Below are positions 1-6,773 of a stretch of 11,604 nt of DNA, in pieces (position 1 is the first letter of the stretch; each line of letters opens with the position of its first letter). The notes under the pieces are model-generated. The model saw only the letters and a list, made by a program, of their open reading frames with translations, was not told where the DNA came from and did no database searches. A program made the position numbers and the translations under genes. Source of the DNA: an uncultured Spirochaetota bacterium. Its GTDB lineage: Bacteria > Spirochaetota > Spirochaetia > SZUA-6 > Fen-1364. The stretch covers positions 1-11,604 of the forward strand of contig CAVUXE010000072.1 in the NCBI GenBank assembly GCA_963745235.1. The letters run 5' to 3'.

Positions 1-405
1 ACTGAGGAGTCTCCAGAAGGAGCTTGAAGGCGCTCTCGCTCGTGATTTCAAAACGAAGTCAAGTTCCGCTGGATGAAATCGAGGTAAGGGGCGCCGCCCT
101 GTCGTTGGCTTCACTGTATAACGGAATGGAAAAGGTTCTGACGCAAATTCTGAGACCGCAGCGAAACCTTAGGCGAGAGCCCCAACTTGCATGCTGAACT
201 CCTTCAAAGGTCGCATTCACTCGGAGTAGTCACTGCCAAGACAGTGCAGGACTTGAAGGGTTTTCTGAGTTTTCGGCATTTCGTTCGTCACGCGTACAGC
301 TTCGAAATAGACACCAAAGCAATTGATGCCAGACTAGGCGCTGCACCCGATGTGCTGAAGCGTTTCATCACAGAAGTGCGGGCCTTTCTCGGTTACGAGG
401 GATAG
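1..405 (+). pseudogene. Frameshifted HEPN-domain ribonuclease toxin (HepT-like, MNT-HEPN toxin-antitoxin type); 5' end disrupted or outside the window
   Basis: Frame 3 (6-150) reads ...VPLDEIEVRGAALSLASLYNGMEKVLTQIL, matching the HEPN 'LxxxYNGxExI' helix. The reading then shifts near 150-154 to frame 1: DRSETLGESPNLHAELLQ...FLSFRHFVRHAYSFEID..., which contains the RX4HXY motif (RHFVRHAY). Stop TAG at 403-405. Frame 3 also has TGA at 3-5. Confidence 0.8.
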
Positions 406-600
406 CTGCCAATCCTTGACAATCGGGCATCTACCAAGTTGAAGTGAAGTCTGACCACTCCCTGGCATGTTGGACAATGAGAGCTTATATAACATTCGAA
501 TCGGCACACGTGGCGTTGTTCATAAGGGAGCCTGGGTGCCGATGTATGGGCTGCCCGGGGGCTGATAGAGGGTGGCGGCCAATTCTCTGGTGATTCGGAG

Positions 601-622
601 ACGCACCCGGCGTGTTTTTTTT
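601..622 (+). terminator. Weak intrinsic terminator-like hairpin followed by a T8 tract
   Basis: ACGC(601-604)/GCGT(610-613) stem with a 5-nt loop, then G and TTTTTTTT (615-622). The stem is only 4 bp. Confidence 0.25.
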
Positions 623-847
623 GGTGCTCATGCCCTCGCTATAGGGTAGGGTGGTAACACGGTTTCTTGCGATAAACAGTCAATCCATCTTCTCCTATCA
701 GCCAGCTGTCGAAACGGGCAAAAAGACATGGCAAAGCGGGCTTTTGGAGTGAAGTTATTTTTGACCAGTTCCCCTATCCTCGCGTATCTCCAGGCGAATC
801 CCCCAGTCGCGACGCTTGCACGAACTTTACTTGGGACGGTGAGAGAT

Positions 848-1912
848 TCAGTCGACCTTGCGTATTTCAGGCGAGGAAACGACGCCGGCCACCTGCTCGC
901 CGCAAGAGCCCCTCACGATTAGTTCGGGTCGGAGGATGATGTCCTCCGAGAGATCGCTTTTGCTCTTTCCGTGGATTTGGCTAATTAGGGTTTGTGCTGC
1001 AATAGTCCCGACAGAATAACTGGGCTGTCGGATCGCCGTCAGGCAAGGTTGGAGAATCGCGGCCCACTGCGGATCGTCAAAGCTGACAATGCCGATGTCT
1101 TCAGGAATCCTAAGGCCGCTTTCCGTTATCGCCAGGAGGGTGCCCACGATCATGGATTCGCAACTAATGAACAGGGAGTCAGGCCTGTTCTTCATCTCCA
1201 GGAGCTCAAGAGTCTGCTTCTTGCTGATTTCAGTATTGAGCTCGCCATATTTGACGAGTTGCGGGTCATATGGGATCCCCTCAAGTTTGAGAGCCTCCTT
1301 GTAGCCTAGAAATCGGTCTTCCAAGGAAGCGATGCCGGGAAGCCCTTTCATTATTGCGATGCGACGGTAACCGTGTCGCGCAAGGTGCAGAACGCCTTCA
1401 CGGCTGCCCAGGCGGTTGTCTACGGTGATGGAGACGGCGTCGAGCTGCTTGAGTTTCCTGTCCACCAGCACAAGGGGCATCCCGGCGCGTTCGATCATCT
1501 TCAAGCGATGGATGTTCCGCTCGGTGGGGCAGAGGATGATCCCGTCGACCTTCCTGTTCCACAATTCCTCGAGGTGGTCCCTCTCCTTCTCAGGGTTTTC
1601 ATCGCTGTTGCATACGATGAGGTGGTAGCCGTTTTGGCGCGCAATGTCGTCAGCGCCGCGCGTCAGAAGGGTGAAAAAGTTTGTCGTGATATCGGCGATC
1701 ACCACCCCAATGCAGGAGGTGTTGTCCGTCTTCAGGCTTCGCGCGAGAATGTTGGGCGAGTAGCCGAGCCTCTTCGCTGTAGAGCGGACCCTTCTTTTTT
1801 TCTCGTCACTCACGTATCCATGGTTGCCCAGCACCCTGCTTGCGACCGTCACCGAGACCTTTGCTGCCTTGGCCACCTCGCGCAAGGTGACCTTTTTTAG
1901 GCGCGTTTTCAT
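848..1912 (-). CDS. LacI/GalR family transcriptional regulator
   Basis: N-terminal HTH VTLREVAKAAKVSVTVASRVL, hinge YSPNILARSL, and a periplasmic-binding-protein-like sensor domain (IGVVIADITTNFF, VDGIIL, IPEDIGIVSFDD, LTAIRQPSYSVG, ELIVRGSC). Divergent from the operon. Start is ATG 1912 or GTG 1918. Confidence 0.95.
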   Translation of the reverse strand: MKTRLKKVTLREVAKAAKVSVTVASRVLGNHGYVSDEKKRRVRSTAKRLGYSPNILARSLKTDNTSCIGVVIADITTNFFTLLTRGADDIARQNGYHLIVCNSDENPEKERDHLEELWNRKVDGIILCPTERNIHRLKMIERAGMPLVLVDRKLKQLDAVSITVDNRLGSREGVLHLARHGYRRIAIMKGLPGIASLEDRFLGYKEALKLEGIPYDPQLVKYGELNTEISKKQTLELLEMKNRPDSLFISCESMIVGTLLAITESGLRIPEDIGIVSFDDPQWAAILQPCLTAIRQPSYSVGTIAAQTLISQIHGKSKSDLSEDIILRPELIVRGSCGEQVAGVVSSPEIRKVD

Positions 1913-1968
1913 TACCACAGGATCTTAACACGTTTCGGTAATCCTAAGAAAGCTAAGAAAGTGGGCCG

Positions 1969-1998
1969 TTGACAGGAGCGAGAGAAGTGTGCTAAGGA
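1969..1998 (+). promoter_or_regulatory. Candidate sigma70 promoter for the operon
   Basis: Perfect TTGACA at 1969-1974. TG at 1990-1991 and a weak -10 (TAAGGA, 1993-1998) at 18-bp spacing, in the divergent intergenic region. Confidence 0.4.
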
Positions 1999-2004
1999 AA
2001 ATTG

Positions 2005-2018
2005 TGCCAACGATACCA
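2005..2018. promoter_or_regulatory. Candidate LacI-family operator
   Basis: TGCCAACGATACCA is a 14-bp imperfect palindrome (8/14 symmetric) with the central CG typical of LacI-family sites. It lies just downstream of the candidate promoter. Confidence 0.45.
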
Positions 2019-2089
2019 TATTATTCCACAAGATGCTTCTCGAGGCGGAGCGGTACGTGTGCCATGATGCGTTTTGGGGGGAACCAGCC

Positions 2090-3442
2090 ATGAAGATGAA
2101 AGAGCTATACGAGCGGGCGCAGGCGTCCTTCTTGTACGGGACGTGTGCGGCGGGACGCTACCATGCTGGGCTGGGGATGCCCCTCTATCTCAAACGAGCC
2201 GACGGCCCCTACCTCTACGATGTGGAAGGTGGCGAGTGGATCGATTTCAACACCTCCGCGGGCGCGGCATTTTTCGGGTACAACAACCCCCGTATCCGCG
2301 ACGCCGTCGAGAGATCGCTTCAGATGGGTTTTTTCATGAACTATGAAAGCGAGTATCACTACCAGCTCGCCGACCAAATCTGCCAGATCGTCCCGAGCGC
2401 CCAAAAGGTGCGTTTCTCCAACACGGGAACCGAGGTGACAATGGGGGCAGTTCGGCTGGCGCGAGCTTATACGGGAAGAGAGAAGGTCGTCCATTTCGAG
2501 GGCCACTTTCACGGGATGAATGAGCTCGTTTTCTACAACCACGGCACTCTGGGTGACATGGACTCCCATGGGGAGGTGACACCGAAGGCGGATAGCGCAG
2601 GCTTCCCGGCGAGCTATGCCGAGCCGATGATCGTCGTTGAGTTCAATCGCATCGATGCTCTCGAACATGTGGCGAAAAAGTATCGTGGCCAGATCGCCAC
2701 CGTAATCATGGAGGCGGTCTCTTACAACTGCGGCTGCATGCCCGCCTACAAGGAATACCTCCGGCAGGTCCGCGAGCTTTGTACCAGAGAGAACATCGTT
2801 CTCATTTTTGACGAAGTGCTTACCGGGTTTCGTCCTGGAATCGGCGGGGCGCAGGAGTACTACGGGGTGACCCCCGACCTGACGACGATCGCCAAGGCCC
2901 TCGGAGGGGGATTCCCCATCGCTGCTCTGGTAGGAAAACGCGAAGTTATGGAGGCGCTTAATCCTGGCGGCCCGACGGTGATGAGCGGGACATACACCGG
3001 CTCGCTCATGCCAGTGCTTGTCGCCATGGAGTGCATCGCCATGATGCGCGAGGCAGGCTTCTACCAGAGGCTCAACTCTTTGTCTCAACGGCTCTATGAC
3101 GGTATGAACAGCCTGCATCGCAGATATAAAGTCCCCGGTCATGTTCACGGGCTCGGAAACAGGTTTGCGACATATTTCGGAATCGAGAACGAAGAGGACG
3201 ATTACCATTTCAGGAAGATCGTCGAGCATTTCAACGGAGAGCTCTACAACAGGTTTGTCGCGAAGGTGCTGGAGAAGAAGCTCTATTTCCACCTCTCGGG
3301 CTGGGCCGGAAAGGGCATTTCACTTCCCACGCACTGCGGCACGACTTCAGCGCATACGGAAAAGGAGATCGATGCAGCACTCGACCGGATGGAAGGCGTG
3401 TTTAAGGAGCTTGGCAACGACCGCGCAGCTTCAAAGCGATAA
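2090..3442 (+). CDS. Class III PLP-dependent aminotransferase, glutamate-1-semialdehyde aminomutase (HemL)-like but probably not HemL
   Basis: Motifs GPYLYDVEGGEWIDF, RFSNTGTEVTMGAVRLARAYTGREK, FEGHFHG, LIFDEVLTGFR, PDLTTIAKALGGGFPI (PLP lysine) and SGTYTGS. ATG 2090 follows the SD-like GGGGGGAA; ATG 2033 is less likely. Confidence 0.92.
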   Translation: MKMKELYERAQASFLYGTCAAGRYHAGLGMPLYLKRADGPYLYDVEGGEWIDFNTSAGAAFFGYNNPRIRDAVERSLQMGFFMNYESEYHYQLADQICQIVPSAQKVRFSNTGTEVTMGAVRLARAYTGREKVVHFEGHFHGMNELVFYNHGTLGDMDSHGEVTPKADSAGFPASYAEPMIVVEFNRIDALEHVAKKYRGQIATVIMEAVSYNCGCMPAYKEYLRQVRELCTRENIVLIFDEVLTGFRPGIGGAQEYYGVTPDLTTIAKALGGGFPIAALVGKREVMEALNPGGPTVMSGTYTGSLMPVLVAMECIAMMREAGFYQRLNSLSQRLYDGMNSLHRRYKVPGHVHGLGNRFATYFGIENEEDDYHFRKIVEHFNGELYNRFVAKVLEKKLYFHLSGWAGKGISLPTHCGTTSAHTEKEIDAALDRMEGVFKELGNDRAASKR

Positions 3443-3459
3443 CGAGGGAAGGCACGAGA

Positions 3460-4635
3460 ATGAATCGCCAGACTTTGATCCAGCAATTCCTTGGAAGCCG
3501 CGAGCTGGACGGGCTTCTTCTTTTTCTTCCCGAGAACATCCTCTTTGGCAGCGGCTACTGGCCGAGCACGTCGGCCGCCCTGTACATCCCGGCGTCTGCT
3601 CGAGCCACTCTTGTTGTCCCAAAGCCCGATGAGGCGTTCGTGCCTGCCTCCTGGGAGGGGAATGTTCGGGTATACGATACGCGCCTCGATGACGATCCTA
3701 CAGACCTTTTCATGACGAAGCTTCTGCGAGACGCGATGGGAGGTGGAGCTGGTCAGAAGCTGCGATGCGGGTGCGACCGCTCCATGGAGACCATCGCGGG
3801 AACGCATATCGGCGGCGAGGCGCGTGTCCCTGGCCCACTCTTCTATGAGCTTCTATCGCGGACGATGCCTGCGATCGCTTACGTCGATGTCACCTCGTGG
3901 GTCTATGAAGCACGCATGGTCAAGAGCGATGAAGAAATCAGCGCCCTGAGGAGATGCGCCGAGGTGGTGGACAAGGCGCTTGATCTGGCCAGGGTCAAGC
4001 TCGCACCCGGGATGAAAGAGACGGAGCTCTCGGCGATCATCGAGGGGGCGGTCCAAACCTTGGGCGTCGGCTACAAGGGTACGCGGCGAGCTCGCGGTTT
4101 TGCCTTTGTGATGTCGGGTCCGCAGAACACCGCTGGCGCATGGGCGGCCTACAACATCTCCACCGACCGCATAATCTCACAGGGGGATCTCATTCTCATC
4201 GAGCTGGACAGCCACGTCGAGGGCTACTGGTCTGACATCTCACGGACGTGGGTTGTCGGAAAGCCATCGAGCCGACAGCACGAAGTCTGGAGCGCCGTTC
4301 GCGAGTGTCAACAGCGCACCGTGGAGTCTTTGAAGGTCGGCTTGAAAATATCACACGTCGATGCCACGGCGCGTGACATCCTAACCGCAAAGGGCTATGG
4401 CCCAAATTTCCTTCATCACGTGGGTCACGGAGTCGGCTTTGCGTTCCATGAGATGCCCTACCTGGATCCCGCCTCGCACGTATCGACAGATTGGGAGCTC
4501 CAGGCGGGGATGGCCCTTGCAATCGAGCCGGGCGTCTATATCGATGGTTGGGGAGCTGTCCGGATCGAAGACAACGTCGTGCTCACGGGCAAGGGGAATG
4601 CAGAGTACCTCTCAAAAGCGGACCAGAGCCTCTGA
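3460..4635 (+). CDS. M24 family metallohydrolase (Xaa-Pro peptidase/creatinase-like, pita-bread fold)
   Basis: Creatinase_N-like start (LDGLLLFLPENILFGSGY), RMVKSDEEI, GYWSDISRT, HHVGHGVG, FHEMP, AIEPGVY and VRIEDNV. Starts 17 bp after the aminotransferase stop, with SD-like GAGGGAAGG. Confidence 0.92.
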   Translation: MNRQTLIQQFLGSRELDGLLLFLPENILFGSGYWPSTSAALYIPASARATLVVPKPDEAFVPASWEGNVRVYDTRLDDDPTDLFMTKLLRDAMGGGAGQKLRCGCDRSMETIAGTHIGGEARVPGPLFYELLSRTMPAIAYVDVTSWVYEARMVKSDEEISALRRCAEVVDKALDLARVKLAPGMKETELSAIIEGAVQTLGVGYKGTRRARGFAFVMSGPQNTAGAWAAYNISTDRIISQGDLILIELDSHVEGYWSDISRTWVVGKPSSRQHEVWSAVRECQQRTVESLKVGLKISHVDATARDILTAKGYGPNFLHHVGHGVGFAFHEMPYLDPASHVSTDWELQAGMALAIEPGVYIDGWGAVRIEDNVVLTGKGNAEYLSKADQSL

Positions 4636-4737
4636 GCGACGGTGGAGCGATCCCTCGCGAAGGGCAACGCAGATTGAGGAAAAGGGCTGGAGCATAAGGG
4701 CTTCAGACTTAAGAATCCTACCTGAAGGAGGTAGAAC

Positions 4738-5736
4738 ATGAAGCGTTTCGTGCGTTTTATGTTGGTGGCCATTGCGATCGTCGCAGTGGCAGGTGTCGCG
4801 AGCGCCGGCGGGACCAAGGAAGGAGCTGGCCCTGCCAAAAAACTCGTTATTGCGTTCTCGCCGGGAGTGACGACCAACCCCTTCTATGTCGCCATGCAGT
4901 ATGGGGCAGTCACGGCGGCGAAGAAGTACAACGTCAGCCTGATCTGGCAGGGCTCTCAGCAGTGGGACTTCAACCAACAATCGGTCGTCCTCCAGTCTAT
5001 GCTGACGCAGAAGCCCGATGCTTTGATCCTGTCTCCGACTGATCCTGATGCCTTGAAACCCCTTTTGCAGCAGGCTGTGAGTCAGGGAGCTCTCGTCATC
5101 ACAACGGACACCGACATTAACGATCCGACCTTTGCCATCAGGAAGCAGTGGATTGGCTCGGACAACGTGAAGGGTGGGCAGATGGCGGGAGAAGCGCTTG
5201 CGAAAGCCCTGAACGGCAAGGGCGATGTCGCCCTCATGGGCTCGCTGGTCGGGGTGACGACCAACGAGGATAGGTACAAAGGCTTCAAGGATGCTCTGGC
5301 GAAGTATCCCGACATCAAGATTGTGACCACGCAGTACAGTAACGACGACCAAGCCACAGCAGCCTCGCAGATGCAGTCAGTGCTTCTGTCCAACCCGAAT
5401 CTCGCAGGGGCATTTGGAGTGGACACTCCAACGGCACACGGGGACGCCGTCGGAATTAAGAACGCCAGCATGGGCGGCAAAGTCGTGTTGGTCGGCTTCG
5501 ATTCACAGCCGCTTGAGGTTGATGACCTGAAGGCGGGCCTGATTACCATGCTGGTAACCCAGGGGCCCTATCAGATGGGCTACCTCGCGGTGGAGAACGC
5601 CTATAAGTACCTGACAGGCCAGACGAAGGAGCTTCAGCAGAAAATCACGACAGACATGTACGTCATTACGTCGCAGAACGTGAACGATCCCGAAACTGCG
5701 AAGTGGGTCTACCAGACTTCTTTGCCGAGCAATTGA
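4738..5736 (+). CDS. Sugar ABC transporter substrate-binding protein (CUT2, RbsB-like class I periplasmic binding protein)
   Basis: Signal peptide MKRFVRFMLVAIAIVAVAGVASA, then GGTKE. Motifs NPFYVAMQYGA, KPDALILSP, IGSDNVKGGQMAG, RYKGF, VGFD and QGPYQMGY. SD AGGAGGT at 4726-4732. Confidence 0.95.
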   Translation: MKRFVRFMLVAIAIVAVAGVASAGGTKEGAGPAKKLVIAFSPGVTTNPFYVAMQYGAVTAAKKYNVSLIWQGSQQWDFNQQSVVLQSMLTQKPDALILSPTDPDALKPLLQQAVSQGALVITTDTDINDPTFAIRKQWIGSDNVKGGQMAGEALAKALNGKGDVALMGSLVGVTTNEDRYKGFKDALAKYPDIKIVTTQYSNDDQATAASQMQSVLLSNPNLAGAFGVDTPTAHGDAVGIKNASMGGKVVLVGFDSQPLEVDDLKAGLITMLVTQGPYQMGYLAVENAYKYLTGQTKELQQKITTDMYVITSQNVNDPETAKWVYQTSLPSN

Positions 5737-5744
5737 TGTTCTGC

Positions 5745-5773
5745 GAAGGGGGTATCCATCCGGTACCCCCTTC
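5745..5773 (+). other. Intercistronic stem-loop after the binding-protein gene (mRNA stabiliser or attenuator)
   Basis: Perfect 10-bp stem GAAGGGGGTA(5745-5754)/TACCCCCTTC(5764-5773) with a 9-nt loop and no strong U tract. Confidence 0.7.
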
Positions 5774-5813
5774 CTGCTATTATTTCGACAAAGATCGGCA
5801 AGGGTGGTGAGCA

Positions 5814-6773
5814 ATGGGGAAGTTATCGAACAAGTGGATTTTCTTTATTCTGGTCATCTTCGTCATCTTCTTTTCGATTACTGCCCGTGGCTTCTTCTCG
5901 CTTCTCGGTCTGCGCAACATTGCGGTCTTCGTCTCTGAACCCCTGCTTCTCGCAGTCGGCGAGACCTTCGTCATTATATCGGGCGGAATCGACCTTTCCG
6001 TTGGGGCTGTTCTGGGCTTCACCGGGGTTGTTGGGGCTTTGATCATGCGGGGGATCTGGGTGTCGACCCAGAGTATAGCCTTAAGCATCATCGTCGCCAC
6101 GCTAGCGGGTCTGGCGATCGGCACGGCAATAGGAACGATCAACGGCCTCATCATTGCCAAGCTGAGGGTCCCTCCCTTCGTGGTCACCCTGGGGATGCTC
6201 GGCATTGCTCGCGGGATCACCTTCGTTATTACCTCCGGACAAGCGATCATTGGGCTTCCCGACGCACTTGGTGCGATCGGCAATCTGAACTTTTTCGGCT
6301 TTCTTCCCGTCACGACGCTCGTGGCAATCCTCATCATCCTGCTTGCCTCCCTTGCCCTTTCCCGGACGAGGGTTGGCCGCTACGCGTATGCCATCGGTGG
6401 CAACAGGCAGGCAACTGTTCGCGCCGGCGTTCCTGTAGCGCGCTACACGATCATCATCTACGCAATTTCCGGCTTTCTGGCAGGCTGCGCGGGCTTCATG
6501 CTGCTTGCGCGTTTCGCAACGGGATCGCCGCTCGCCGGCCAGAACTCCGAGCTCAACGCCATTGCCGCGGCGGTCATCGGCGGTACCAGTCTTTTCGGCG
6601 GGATCGGCTCGATTGGGGGGACTGCCGTTGGCGCTCTCATCATCGTCGTGCTTCTTGTCGGTCTTGTCATCCTGAATGTCCAGCCGTACTGGCAGATGGC
6701 AGCCGTTGGCGCTATCCTTATCCTGGCGGTTTTTATCGACAACCTACGCTTTGGTCGGGGACTCGAAGAATGA
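5814..6773 (+). CDS. Sugar ABC transporter permease (RbsC-like)
   Basis: Highly hydrophobic. Motifs GETFVIISGGIDLSVG, VPPFVVTLG, RTRVGRYAYAIGGNRQATVRAGV (EAA loop) and ELNAIAAAVIGGTSLFGGIGS. Confidence 0.96.
   Translation: MGKLSNKWIFFILVIFVIFFSITARGFFSLLGLRNIAVFVSEPLLLAVGETFVIISGGIDLSVGAVLGFTGVVGALIMRGIWVSTQSIALSIIVATLAGLAIGTAIGTINGLIIAKLRVPPFVVTLGMLGIARGITFVITSGQAIIGLPDALGAIGNLNFFGFLPVTTLVAILIILLASLALSRTRVGRYAYAIGGNRQATVRAGVPVARYTIIIYAISGFLAGCAGFMLLARFATGSPLAGQNSELNAIAAAVIGGTSLFGGIGSIGGTAVGALIIVVLLVGLVILNVQPYWQMAAVGAILILAVFIDNLRFGRGLEE

Noticed and set aside
487-556. attC-like site (ATATAAC followed by the ATCGGCAC/GTGCCGAT stem) downstream of the HEPN gene
   Set aside because: There is no complementary GTTRRRY R' box at the right spacing (GCTGCCC instead), and no second site or integrase is present.
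623-660. Cobalamin riboswitch-like GGTGC...ATAGGG segment
   Set aside because: Lacks the GGGAA/CCGGTG core and the B12 box, and is not upstream of a co-oriented gene.
705-714. GCTGTCGAAA matching part of the IS1182 inverted repeat
   Set aside because: Only 10 bp, the terminal CAG context is not preserved in register, and the match is compatible with chance.
728-922. 64-aa + strand ORF
   Set aside because: Overlaps the LacI 3' end, has no clear SD and no recognisable motif.
2105-3292. 395-aa antisense ORF under the aminotransferase, and similar shadow ORFs such as 1373-1900, 4612-5352, 5780-6337, 9141-9812 and 8142-8660
   Set aside because: They overlap well-supported genes or transposase remnants and carry no motifs. 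Long antisense frames are expected from GC-rich codon bias.
2090-3442. Gene symbol hemL (and pepP/pepQ, rbsBCA for the downstream genes)
   Set aside because: Only family-level similarity. Substrate motifs and gene context do not support orthology.
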